In this document: piece by piece, positions 22,665 to 36,173 of the stretch
Layout: each line of letters starts with the position of its first letter
Numbering within the stretch: position 1 is the stretch's first letter
DNA from: Syncephalis fuscata S228
Taxonomy: Eukaryota; Fungi; Zoopagomycota
Direction of reading: 5' to 3'
Assembly: GCA_025786725.1 (NCBI GenBank)
Contig: JAHLTZ010000004.1
Span: 558,001 to 622,000, forward strand
Length of the DNA: 64,000 nt
Translations under genes and position numbers: made by a program
Notes under the pieces: generated by a model
What the model saw: the letters and a program-made list of their open reading frames with translations, nothing else
Told to the model about the DNA's origin: nothing
The model's database searches: none

Positions 22665-23880
22665 TTAATTTAATATATAGTAGTCGTTTAATTTATAATA
22701 TTAATTCATTAGTAAATATAAGCCAGCTTAATGAGCAAACTTTGGCTAAAAAGTGGAGTATTTACTAGCATTTTTTACACAATAAATACTTGGAATGCCT
22801 GTATTCATAATTTTATTAATGTATCATAATACTTGCTATTAAAGTAACTTATCAATTTAGCAGTAAATGAATCAAGTCAATGAGTTCTATTCAATAAAAA
22901 TGAGCTGCAATTGGATTAGAGCGGATATAAAATTATATTTGTTTGCTAGTTAACAATTTGGTCCCATATATAGTGTTGGAAAAAGGAAGAATAATTAGTT
23001 TATAGAAACACTATGCAAACTTTAACTGACTACTCAGTTGAATACTACATTTTAATGATTTATGAAGCAATGTATACGCTTTTGTTAAAGCAAACGTACC
23101 ATTAATCTACTGGTATTAATGCTACTACAATTGCTAATAATAATATTGATTATCGTTTGATATGTGATGATGAAATCACGTGTATAATTTGTGTTCATTT
23201 TATACATCTCTTAAACAGTAGCATTGCCACTTTACCACACAATTTAATATGCTAGCTTGTAACACACTTATTGCAAATTAGAATGTTGCTACAGCCTTTA
23301 TTTGTCACCACTAAAATTCACAATTATTGGTAACGACGGTGTTTGAGTTTATTCCCCTCGTCTTGTTTAACACACCTTGACTTTGTAAAATATGTCACAA
23401 TCGACTATTTGAAATCATATTGAATATACTAGTTTAAATGTTGCTAACTGCACCACAGACATTGATTGATATGTCTTGAAAAAGCCCTTCAAGACGCCTT
23501 GAGTAATGAGAGTAGTGGCTATTGAAAATAATACTGGTACCCAATCCAATAAATTCTTGTTTATTTGAAACACACTGAGGCCAACTGCATCGCATGTCAC
23601 AGTTTTAAACATTCCCAATGGCCATTAAATCAAATTTGCAAGGATTAAACAAGTTTATACGACTGCGTGACCCAAACTGGTTTCATGCTTCTATGGAATC
23701 AACGGCACAAGGGCAATGCCGGTATTGGGGGAAGGGCGTATGTGCGATGAAACGAGCAAGCCTTTATTTAAACAGCACTAAACAGTGTGCTAATGGTCAT
23801 TGATAGTCAACTGCAACAGTGTCTTCTCAACTTTACACTTTACATCTTTTCTACACAATTAATACGATTTTCTAGCCATC

Positions 23881-24171
23881 ATGAAGCTTTCTATCTTATT
23901 TCTCGCCACTGCTGCAATTCTGGTAATTGCCAACACGGCTTATGTCAATGCCTATCCTGCTGATAGACAAAACGACGATGGAAGCAATGATGCTGGTTTC
24001 AATAATAACATCAACAAAAACCAAAATCATTCCAAGAATAACACTCCAAGCCCTGATAAAACACCAAACAACAATAGCCAAGAAGATTCGGTGGACATGG
24101 ATCAAGTGCAGAGTACCATGAACAATGACTCGGAAACTGATCAATCTTACTTTCGAATGTTCCGATTTTAA
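23881..24171 (+). CDS. Small secreted protein or peptide precursor (96 aa)
   Basis: Clear signal peptide MKLSILFLATAAILVIANTAYVNA, an Asn/Asp-rich spacer, and a C-terminal SYFRMFRF. Isolated ORF. Confidence 0.75.
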   Translation: MKLSILFLATAAILVIANTAYVNAYPADRQNDDGSNDAGFNNNINKNQNHSKNNTPSPDKTPNNNSQEDSVDMDQVQSTMNNDSETDQSYFRMFRF

Positions 24172-24467
24172 AGCCAACAAAGCTGTTTAAAAGCCCAGTC
24201 AGAATCTCTCGCTAAATTAAACTGACTCTTTGGCCAAACACTTTAGTCTCTGTTTATTCATTGCACACATATACATAGTAAAAATATTTGTTATTTAATA
24301 TAAACCAGTAGTAAAAATATTTGTTAATGTTGTATTTACTAAACTTAATCGACACGTGACTTTGTACATTTGAACAAATCTGAATCCTAACAAAGTAAAA
24401 TAAAAAATAAAAAATAATAGCTGAACTTTTGTTGTCAATTTTTACTGCATTTTCATTTCTGCTGGTC

Positions 24468-27285
24468 ATGTATGAGCAACATCAGTTTAGTGATGCAGAG
24501 GAAACGGAGGCAACGGTGGTGATTAAAAACGTAGTGGCCACGTCTGATCAGCCAGAGCTCGACAATACTCCATTGACTGACGATAGCTACAGCGATGAGT
24601 ATTACTATGACGACGATGAAGAATATGAAGCGGAAGAAGACGATTTGAATGCTGCCGACGCCTGGGTAGAGGCTACTGGAGGTAATAGTCTATAGCTAGT
24701 TGTGTTTTTTGTCTAATTAAACTGTGCGCAAGATTTTACCAAACAGTACAATCGAATGCGCCAATTGGTTACAACTGCTGGCAATACGAGTGATAAAAGT
24801 AATGACACACTTAATGGCCAGTCATCCAATGCAGCATCCAAGACTACGTCGATTATTGTTAAAGGACAGGCTGTACGTGCTATGGCTCTTAGCGCTAAGA
24901 AGCAAAATACGGTTAATACCAAACAAATAACTACTTCAACGACCCATACCAGTAACGACCATAGTATTGAGAGTCAACTGGCAAGTTTAAGCAAATACGC
25001 CCACCGTATTCATTTAGGTAGGAATAATCGATATGTAAAACTGTATAAATGTTAATTATTTAACTTAATTTAAATAGATGAATTTGGTAGTGGCAGTAAT
25101 GGAAGTGGAAATGTTAAAGGCATTTCAGCATCTGTGGCCAGTGATATTAAACTTAGCTCAAAGAAAGCCCAAGGTGATCGGTAAGTGGTTATAGTATGAG
25201 TAAATTTAAATTTAAATTTAAATTATGTCTTCTTACTGATTTGTAATGTTATTAATTAGGCACCGTACGACAGACAAGGCAGATCGTGCCACAGTAGAAC
25301 AGGTGCTTGATCCTCGTACACGTATCATTTTGTTTAAACTGCTTAATCGCAATATTATTTATGAAATTAACGGTTGTATATCCACCGGCAAAGAGGTAAG
25401 TAGCGACTGTTTTGAATAAATCGTAATTGATTGACTATTTATTACTGGCTACCGTCTATACTAGGCCAATGTCTATCATGCCACAACTGAGAATGGCCAA
25501 CATCGTGCCATTAAAGTGTACAAAACGTCGATTCTTACTTTCAAAGATCGTGATCGATATGTAACTGGTGAATTCCGATTCCGCCACGGCTACAATAAAC
25601 ATAATCCACGTAAAATGGTCAAAGTATGGGCCGAGAAAGAAATGCGTAATTTGAAACGCCTTCACCAAGCAGGCATTCCCTGTCCCGAACCAATACTACT
25701 GCGCCAACATGTATTGCTTATGGAATTTCTAGGTGACCAAGATGGATGGTAAGTTGAATAGATGGCTCTATGTCGAAAGGTGCTAGTTATACAAATGCTA
25801 ATACTTGTTATAACAGGGCATATCCACGACTTAAAGATGCGGTTATTGCTTCATCTCGGTATCCAGAACTATATCGCCAGCTTGTCAAAGCAATGCGTAC
25901 GCTTTATCAGGTGTGTCGTCTTGTCCACGCTGATCTTAGTGAATACAATATATTGTAAGCTACTATTATATTATATCTATTATTAATTAAATTGAGCTAA
26001 TATTATTTATGCTAATTTAGATACCATTCACGGACATTGTACATCATTGATGTATCTCAATCAGTTGAACACGATCATCCACATGCTATGGATTTTCTAC
26101 GTAAAGATTGCCAGAATGCTAACGACTATTTTCGACGACATGATGTACAAGTTATGAAGTTGAGTGAGTTGTTTGAGTTTATCACAGGTACAACATTTGG
26201 CAGCGATGATGATGCAGTTGAACAAGAGCTTGATCGGGTAAATACTATACAAGTACATCATTGTATCATTCAAATTATTAATTAGTTTAAATTAAATAGA
26301 TTGAACAAATGATTCGAGACCGGCCATTATCACAAGCAGCTGACGATCAAGTTGATGAAGCAGTATTCCAGCAATCCTATCTACCACGTACACTTGATGA
26401 AGTTGTTGATGTAGAGCGTGATGTCAATCGTGTCCACCGAGGTGAAGCAGATCAGGTAAGTAATATAAATAGATTTGGTAATAAAATTAATAGTTATTTT
26501 ATTAATATTAACATTAATATTTTAATTAGTTAATTTATCATAAATTAACTGGTTTAACGACTAAAAACACAACAACAACAACAGCCACTAATGCTACTGA
26601 TAAAGTTTATTCTAAAGAAAAACATAAAGATACATTTGAAGCTACTACAGCATCAGTAGTTATTTCGGCATTACAACCAACATTACCGAATCAAGCGGCC
26701 ACATTATCGACGGCCGTAGAAGCTGAAGAATCTAAGAAGAAAGGTGTTCGATTTGATATCGATAATACAGTACAAGTAGAAGTAGAAAAAGAAAAAGAAA
26801 AGGAAGACGATGAAGAGGAATTAGATTCAGAGGATTCAGAGGAATTAGATTCAGATTCAGATTTAGATTCAGAGTATGATAGCGAAATGGATAGTGACGA
26901 AGATAGTAGCTCAGAACGATGGCGCCGTCGTAAAGAGAAGCCATTGCGTGGTAAACGACATGAATCTGCCGAGTCACGCAAAGTAAGTAATGTTAATATA
27001 GTAGGGAAAAAGAATTTATTATTAATTTACTAATTTCATTTATTCTATATTACTTATTACTTATTAATATTAATGTTATTATTATTATTATTATTATTAA
27101 TTACTAATATTCATCGATCTTGTGGCTCAATTGTCTTGTAATTGATATACACGTATACACGTTTATAGGAACGTAAACAGCAATCGAAAGAAGCAGCTCG
27201 CGAGCGACGAAAGACGAAAATGCCCAAGGCAGTTAAGAAACGACGAGAGAAATTGACGGCCAAAGGCAAAGGCAAAAAGAAGTAA
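24468..27285 (+). CDS. RIO1: RIO1 atypical protein kinase
   Basis: [65 protein letters not shown] and a basic C-terminus. Multiple GT-AG introns. Confidence 0.95.
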
Positions 27286-28144
27286 TTGCCATTATAGTAA
27301 TAATAATAATAATAATAGTGGTGGTAGTAGACATGATTGCTTATAAAGAAGCAGATTATTTGATTAAAAACTTTTACAAAAACAATAAACACTATTGCTA
27401 TCGTTGTAATAATGATTGCAGTTATTGCAATTGTTATTGTAAATGGTGTACAATTTCCTGCCCAGAAACCGTGTTTTACACCAAACGGAGAAAAGAGTGG
27501 TGTAGTGGGCATGGAAAAATGAACGAATACACATAAAATGATAACAAATGAACTAAAGAGCAACGCTGAACAAAGCACACAAACAGCAAACTAAACGGAG
27601 TACTACAAAGTGAGTTGCCACTTAGTGTTATTACTGCTTGTATCTTTGTAGCATCACACTGTCATTACTATCACCGCATATGTTTTCGCATGGTGATGAT
27701 GATGCAGAAAAGAGCAGTGTTATGGAGTGAATGCAAAAAAATATAAGGCATAGGAGCAGTAGAAAACACACGCAAGATAAATGGTAATGTAACTAGAGCA
27801 TGCTGTGCATAAGGAACAGCCTATTAACTGAAAAAAGAAAAAACGAATCTCACAAATTAAACTATCAGTGTTGTAGTGATAGTGGTGATGATAGTGTTTG
27901 TCGTACTGATATATATATATAATAATAATGTATAGAATGAATAGTAACTGTAGTTTTGGTGATATATTGACGCGGCCAGCGCTTATTCTACCGTCGTTAA
28001 CTAGCAGAAATAAAAAAGCCATTATTGTCACTATTAATAACATTAATAACAAAATGATTATCTGCTTGTCCAATCGTCCATCTATCTACTGATGGTCTTG
28101 TGTATAATAGAATGATTGAAACACGCTATTTCTATCATTCAGCG

Positions 28145-31001
28145 TTAACCATACGCTTGTCCATGAACACCAGCATCGCCTACAAAAGCGGTGGCGGCAG
28201 CTGGATGAGTTACTGTGGGTAGAGCGCCATAAGCGGGATGGCCACGCATAGCATCGGCCAAAGTACCGGCATCCATGGCACCCATAGCCATAGTGTTGGT
28301 CAGTAAACTTGCACTGGTACCGGCAAGTTGAAGTTGAAAGAATGGATGGCGTAGTGATTCTTCAGCCGTGATACGCTCAGATGGATCATAGACGAGCATT
28401 CGGCGTACAAGGTCTAGAAGATAGATGTTGAATGGACAGTTGGGCACAATAATATTGTCTAAACGACGCATGGCCGCAACACATCGTCGACTGCTACGCG
28501 ATGTATCAGCCGATGGGTAATTAAGTCGGCCATGACGGAAGAATTCGCGACCAGCTCGATTGGCGCGCTGAACCATCGAGGCAGGAATGGGACCTAGAGC
28601 GCATCCATCATTGCTAGATGTTCGAGGTTGTCGTGCGTTTGAAATAAGGCCTCGCCCGTAAAGAATTCGACTAGAATACAGCCAACAGACCAAATATCGC
28701 ATGGGAACGACCAGCCACAGCCAATGATAATTTCAGGTGCCCGATAATGCCGTGTGCTCACCACAGCACTGTGGTATTCTTTTTCAAAGGTTGCACTGCC
28801 AAAATCAATCAACCGAATCTCCGTATCCATCAGTAGGCGGCGTTCTTTGCCACTACGTGTTGTGTACGGGTGTGCTGTTGAATCGACAAGCAGTATATTC
28901 TCTGGTTTCAAATCGGTATGTACCAAATCAATACGATGTAGGAATGCCACGCTTGTCAATAGTTGGCGGGCCAGCTGTTGGATATGCTCGGCTGGGAATG
29001 GCGCAAAGTGATTAGATTTCATAAAGTCAAATACACTTTGGCTGTATAAATCAAATACCATACAGATATGATTTCGATAGTCAAAGCATTCTCGCATATG
29101 AATGCATCGGCTATAAAGTGCAAATAAATACCACTATTAATTCACATTGAACTAATTAAATAATACAACTTACTTTTGATTTTTTGGATCCCATCGTTGT
29201 AGTTCGCGTAACACACGAATTTCAATACGTGATGCATCGCGATATTTTTGTACGGCACGAATAATCTTAATGGCGCAATATTGTCGAGTTTGTCTGTCCC
29301 AACAATGGGCTACTTTACCAAATGTACCTTGGCCAAGTAGACGCATGATTTTATCTATAAACAATAGAATTGATTTAGTATATATTTAAATAAATTGCGT
29401 TATATCATTTGTATTAGTAGCATTACTTACAGCGCGGTGTCAAGTTTTCATTGGGGGTTACAATGTAATGACCTTCCTTATCATCGCAGGGTGGTAATGG
29501 CTGGTTGCCGGTAGATACAGTGTGTGGCATAACGTTACCGGCTGCCGATACCATAGATGTTGCTACTGCGGTGAGCGGCAGTTGTTGTGTTTGAGACGCA
29601 ATATGATTTGCATTGACGGCTGCTGCTACAGCAGCTGTTACGGCAGCTGTTGATATTTTGCTACCATTATAGCTTAAATGTGGCATAATAGCGGCATTAG
29701 TAGCTGGCAACATTGCTTGCGAATAAGCTAGCGATGTCATAGTAGCGGTAGGTATCGATGCCGTCGTTATAGGAGCGCGTGAATTTACTGTTGAGTTAAT
29801 TTGAGGTGCTGTAGCTGCTGCTGCTGCCGCTGCCGTTGCAAGCGTATATAACGAATCCGATCTAAGTGGAGTAATCGGTAGAATGCATGCATCGCATCGG
29901 CAAGGTGTAGCTGGCAGTTGGTCAGCGTGTTGCAGTTTGGTGTTGTAGGAAGGCTGCCATCAGCGTGCACGTGAGAGACAATTGGCCGTGATGATAGTAT
30001 ATGGCCAGCTCTTAGTGTAGAATGTAGTTGGTGCTGCTGCTGCTGTTGTTGTACCTGTTGTTGTTGTTGTTGAATAGATCGGCTAAATTGATTATACGGT
30101 GCAGCATTGCCTAAATAAATGGCTGGTGTTCGCAAATCCTCTTTGCCAATTCCCATCGCCGCTGCCATATGGGCGTCGCTAAATGAAGGCATGACAAGAC
30201 CGGCACTGGATGGAGCAATCGGAAGTGTAGTCGGAGTGAATATTGAGGGGTACATATCCGGATGTGCGATATACTTGATGCAGTCACCGCTACATTGTGA
30301 ATACTGATCGGTGCTGGCGGATTTCTTCTACGGCGTTTGGTACGAGGTGAGTCATCAGCTACTAATTGTTTTGGCTGATCATCCATTTGTACTAGTGGCC
30401 GTGTCTGGTCCCATTGCCGTTGCTGTTCCTCCAGCATCCAGCGTAGATGTGCACTGTCCTGTAGTGACATTTGTTGGTCTTGGTGTTGTTTTTGCAAACG
30501 TGCACGTGCACTACGGGTCATTACTCCATTCCAGTGTCGCCAAGGCTCCTGTGGCGTTAAAGGTAGCTGTTTATGTGACGATGGCGCTGTACTGTAACCT
30601 GTTGATCTAACAAGAGGAGGTGTATGTTGTGCTAATGGCGTTGACAGTGATGGAATTAGTCCTAATGATTCAGCCTGTTGTTGTGTCGCTATTGTTGATC
30701 GTTGGGCGACAGTGGTGACGGTTGACCAGGTGCCAATCGTTGCGATTGCAATGCAGACCAATGCTGCTGCTGATGATGATGTTGTAACTGTTGCTGTGTT
30801 GTTGTTGTTGTTGTTGTTGCTGCTGCTGCTGCTGGTAATAATTATGATGCGACTCTGCCGAATAATGTGGATCTGGTGACGGTGTGTCTTCAATAACAAT
30901 TACTTCACGGCCTTCATCAGTTGCAGTATAGTGCTCATAATGCCAGTGTGCATCACGTGGTCTCTTGCCAAGAATACTCCTGATACCATGGAATTTGCCA
31001 T
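28145..31001 (-). CDS. KNS1: LAMMER/CLK dual-specificity kinase; six apparent 1-nt frameshifts
   Basis: DDKEGHY, LGQGTFGKV, HTDLKPENILL, DFGSATF, VSTRHYRAPE, EHLAMM signature. The N-terminal low-complexity region was reconstructed across frameshifts, so the start is inferred. Confidence 0.9.
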
Positions 31002-32513
31002 TAATAAAGCAAAACAAACGTGCTGTTTGGAAGATAACAATAGTGAAAGGTTTGAAAGTGATTATATCGATCGGTCTTGCCAAAAGGTCCTTAGTAGGCC
31101 CTATGGAAACCAGGCGAATAATCAACGCTTATTCAATTGCCTATGTGGTATAGATACTTCTTTCTGTGGGGGTGATTCACAGTCCAATGTTTTGTTTAAA
31201 CCGACTATAATCACCTTCACTATGAATGCGTGCGAGTGATATCTATAATGATGTGAAAATTACTGATCGTTAGTTGTAAATCCAAAAAGAAAAAACAAAT
31301 CGATCGCTATCTTTTGCTATCTTCCCCTCCCTTTCAATTTAATAGACATTACTTGCCAATGAGCATGTAATTCTAGCCTTGAAAGACAAAAGCAATTATA
31401 ACAGTGTTATCATAATAAAACAAGCTATTAGCTGTAAACAACTGTGCTTTGTATGAAGCGCAAGCCTGATTGCTTAGTATATGCTATATGCTGTATGTTG
31501 TATGCACATATGCTATGTGCATTCATAATGAGCATAATCGCCACTGTAACCTATCCATAGTTATCCACACTGTACACACACACACACCTAGACCAATAAT
31601 ACCACTAATAGCCAAAAATTAAAAAGATAATCGAATGAGTATAAGCGATTCGACAAGTTAGATAGGAGGATAAGGGAATAAAAAAGGGAGCATATACCGG
31701 TAAGCATGGATGCGAGTCAAACCGATATGAACGGAGATCAAGGCAAACACACTCACACCCATACTAACATACACACCACTACATTCATCTAAACCCGTGC
31801 ACATCACGCATACACACATACACACACCCGTCCTTCTCCTAAAGGACTCTGTGATGTCCAGAAGCAGTAACGGCTCTTGATACCGCTGTCACCTATGGCT
31901 GTTCTGCCATTTACACGCACATTTACACCGCGGATACAGATGGTGGGTGGGTGAAAGCTATAGACTGGTGGTTGTGAAAGAGTGGGTATCAGGTTTGAAA
32001 CGAATAACTAAAACGTAAGTGACTCACTACTAAGAAACGTATGGGAGTGTAGTAAATATACACACTTGGAAGTAACGGAACATTGATGAATAACAAATGA
32101 AATAAACAAGATAATAGAGGCCGGAGGCGATTAAGCCGTCAAAAGATGTTATCAACGCGCATATGTACTTGGAAGCAGCTGCAACGACCGGGTATGCGTC
32201 ATACAACACATACCTAAGCATATTCGCTCATGGCGATTTGCTTATTAAGACTGCCACATTTTTAATAAAAATAGCAGTATTAATCATGATGCTAATAATA
32301 ATAACAACTGTCATCACAAATGTATTGTTATCATTTGGCACCAACATTACGTTAATGGACTTCTATTGTCACTGCTGTTACAACAATAAAACAAGTATTG
32401 CTCCATTCATGTGAAATAAAAAAGCTTGGCCTTTTGTTAAATCTAAATAGAAAACCCACAAACATAACAATATCACTAATAGGCCTGATATTGTATTCTT
32501 GGCCATTGATTGA

Positions 32514-32742
32514 CTATTAACTACAATCGTATTTGGCATGGCTTGGGAGTTTGGCGAGTGAAGTGTCGTGTACACGTGTGTCTATGCATATGCATTGTTG
32601 CTCGCGTCTATCGAGCTCTGTCTAATTCTGTCTATCGTCGATAGTATTGGATAGACGCGCGAAACGATATACATATGTAGACAGCTGTGCACAACACCTC
32701 TGTCAAACTCCCAAGCCATGCCAAACACACTTCAGTTAATAG
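32514..32742. repeat. Long imperfect inverted repeat or hairpin (about 100-bp stem)
   Basis: Perfect 22-bp pair 32532-32553 / 32704-32725, inner 10-bp pair 32603-32612 / 32650-32659, outer CTATTAAC/GTTAATAG. Confidence 0.9.
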
Positions 32743-34530
32743 ATTCAAGAACCAGAGGACTGAGGACTGGTCGATTGAACACCACCTTTGGAATTCACCG
32801 AGCAAAGTCAGTAGTCAACTGGAACAATAACCAGCGAAATCTACCATAAACCAAAAGACTTGCTTGAACAGCATTATACGCTACACAAGCCGGTTTCCCA
32901 TTCCGCACGTAACACCTGTGAACCTACCTAACGTTTAGTCAGTTAAAAAGTCCCAATGTTACTCTTGTACCAAATATAGTGAACGGGTATAATGAATAGA
33001 CGATAAATGAAAGGAAACAAGGAAAGAAACGCGGAAACAGAGACAGTTGCTTTGAAAGGTACTGTTAATAGAAAAAGAGACGGAGAAGAAGCAGGAGGAA
33101 AGTAAGGAGCGCGGCTGTGCGGCCCAAGCTTGATTCAAAGTGAAGGCTTAAACGACTGGCAAGCAATGAATCAAGTGGAACACCAAAAGTGCAGCTGTAG
33201 TTGTATAAAAAGAGATGACCTTTGGTTTAACAAAGCGAAGCTGCGATAGCTGTGCGAGATACGTCAAGCGTTGAATAGCCGACGTGCTGCACAGAATTGC
33301 CACAACGTGGAAAAAGAAGAAAAGTACGAAGAAAGAATACGACAAAAAGTAAGTGATAAGCGTATGTGGGCGCGCGCGCGTGTGTGTGTGTGTTTGTGTG
33401 CGTGACAGGCTAAACCAAATGACAGATGCAGCAGAAGGAGAAAAGCGTGGCTGTAGTATGATAACGAACGACAATGACAGCAACAATGACAACAAAAACA
33501 ATCGTAAGGAGAAGCGGTAAGCAGCTAGAATAAGCGAATAAAGCGAGCAAGATAAGAGAAGAGAAGAAGAACGAGAAGAGAAGAGTGATAATAGTAATAA
33601 TAAAAGTGGCGGGATCTTGAAAACAACGAGATAACACTTGCCCGACTGAGGACCAATACGGTAATGGCCAGTATGGGTGTGTGTATGTGTATAGAAGTAC
33701 TAGTTAATATGAACAAGGCCAGAGTAGTAACCAAAATCTGCTGTCACCTCGTTTATTGCCTCGTTTTCTTGTTTTCGCGGGTGTTTCTGTCTCACTTGTG
33801 TGTTTGTGCGTGTGTATATGCGTATATACTTGCTCCTACTCCTGTTCCTCCTGTATTGTATTGTTGCTGTTGTTGCTGTTTTTTGATAGGGGCCGCACAG
33901 TAACGATGGTGACTATATAGCATATTGCACGCATAGCATTGTTTGATAAATGCCTGTGATTGCTGTAGGCAAGCGGGAATTCATCTACAAAGAGCGCCAA
34001 CGGCTAATGTATGGCAAATGGCCCGGCCTATGGCCGTTTTAGTGGTATAATCCGGATTAGACCGGCATGCTTTGTTCTAAGCTCCGCTCGTTTAAAAAAC
34101 ATGCCCATGAATGGCGTTCAACCTCTATTCTAGACCGTTTCCTTTTTTATAGAAAATGCTAACATCCTCCCATCGCACATTAGTTATTCATAGTCATTTT
34201 TTTCTTAAGCAGAAGCCGCGAACATACTGCATCTATGCTTTTTTTAAAAGGCTATATAATATCATGATTGTTATAAACAATCACAACGTTCATTCCAATA
34301 TTACCAGGCAATATCAGCACAACCTACTAAACATTAATACACGGTTAGTAAATAAATAAATGCAAAGTCTATATTTTAGCAACATTATAATTAACCACAA
34401 TATAATCAATACATTTTATTGTATTTAATAGTGTTAATAATAATAAAAAATATTATACAATCACTATATCTATACATACTAGCCAATCATTAGCTAATTA
34501 AAGACAATATTTTGTAATCCTCAAATAATT

Positions 34531-35365
34531 GCTAATAATTATAATGTAATTTGTGGGTCAATGATTAAAATCAATAATATTCGCGCAATTAAATTAGACA
34601 CTCAATCTATTGAACATGATGATGGGTGGCGAATGACATCAAAGTTTAAAATACTCATCATCGTAGATCCATTATCCAGTATGCATATATCCTCTATTCA
34701 CCTATATCATTCCCATTCTATTTCATACTAGACACATTCCATTGTTTATATGTTCCAATATACTTCACTCGTGTTGCTCATTACGTTATATGCACTATAG
34801 CTTTTAATATTATTTTTATACTTTCTTACTATACATTTATCATTTTATATATCATTCTATATTTGCCTAGCCCTGTTCTGTCCAAAACTGTTTCTATTTT
34901 TGTTCTAGCTTTATTATTAGTAAATGTCGACTAATGTCGATTATTTGCTCATACATATATGTTCATTAATTTTGACATTGCTAGTCGCTACGTAAATTCG
35001 TATATTCATATTATTGTATATCACTTTATTATATATTTGCTGTGCATTGTTTAAACTGTTGCCTGTTTGTTTCTAGCTCTATTATTAATAAAAGCTGGCT
35101 TATTAAACTATACTAATAGAACAAATGATACAAATATGAGCAAATTTATTGATTTATCAAGCCTATTAATAAATAAATTAGCTAATGTCAACTATCTATA
35201 ATTTTAATGGTAATCAAGCGGAATTCATATGTGCATAGTGAACAATAAAGCTAGAATAATGAGTATTTGATGATTGATGTTACTCACCGCCCATCATCAT
35301 GTTCAATAAATTGGATGTTATTAAATATTAGTCATTTGACCACCAAATCATACTAAATGATTATT
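34531..35365 (+). mobile_element. Long-TIR element family A copy 3 (diverged)
   Basis: Collinear with 1060-1980 throughout (shared CATTATCCAGTATGCATATAT, CTCATTACGTTATATGCACTATA). Its own TIRs share the variant CATGATGATGGG. Confidence 0.85.
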
Positions 35366-36173
35366 TGCACTATATCGTCAGTAATAATGCCAATAGTTTG
35401 ACTTATTTAACATCATACCATCAGTATAAATTGTAATCATATTCACCCATCACCAATAATCTAATACACCATAGTTCAGCGATCAAGATACACCGCTTAT
35501 ACCAATTAACAGCAAACAAAAATTTATGCTAATATTGTTATTATTGCTTTAGGTCTTTAAGTGGTTGGCCGTTAACGCACTGAAATAATAACAACTATTT
35601 TAGATAGCTATATATTAACATATTAGCGCTGCTACTGTTATTTTAATGCCAAATATGCCACAATGTGAGGTGTATTTTATTAGGATCACTAAACTTACTA
35701 GTGTCTGTACTAGTGTTGTTTTTAATAGCTGTCTTAAAATTCATTGTGTTGTTGTCATGGCGGTAGCTTATGTTTCGTCATTGGCTACGATATACGTAGA
35801 TGGCTGTACAGGGCGTAACCATGAATAAGTTTAGAGTTGAAAGAACACGTTTATCATTGTTTTCGATACTTGTTTCGCCATGCCAACAACAAAGCAATAG
35901 CCTTATTAATGGCTAGTGGCAATTATAATAAAATAATGATATAGTAACAAAGAGATGCTATCTATTAATGAGTGTGTCAGTTAATTCAATGGTTCAATAA
36001 TAAGCGTGTAATTAATGATTGGTTTATAATAACGTAAAAATATTGAAATAAATCATTGATTCCATTATTAAATAAATATTATTAAAATGTTTGTATTGTG
36101 TGTGTGTCTATGGGCACAGTATTTTCTTTATTGTTAATACTAGGACGCTACGTTTTTTCTTATTATTGAATCC

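Noticed and set aside
27333-27536. Cys-rich 67-aa ORF just after RIO1
   Set aside because: Starts about 50 bp after the RIO1 stop, has no signal peptide, and its Cys codons come from ATT/GTT low-complexity sequence in a likely 3' UTR.
33140-33910. Hydrophobic ORFs in purine/pyrimidine-skewed sequence with GT/CG microsatellites
   Set aside because: Low-complexity promoter or leader DNA upstream of the LAMMER kinase, with no coding signal.
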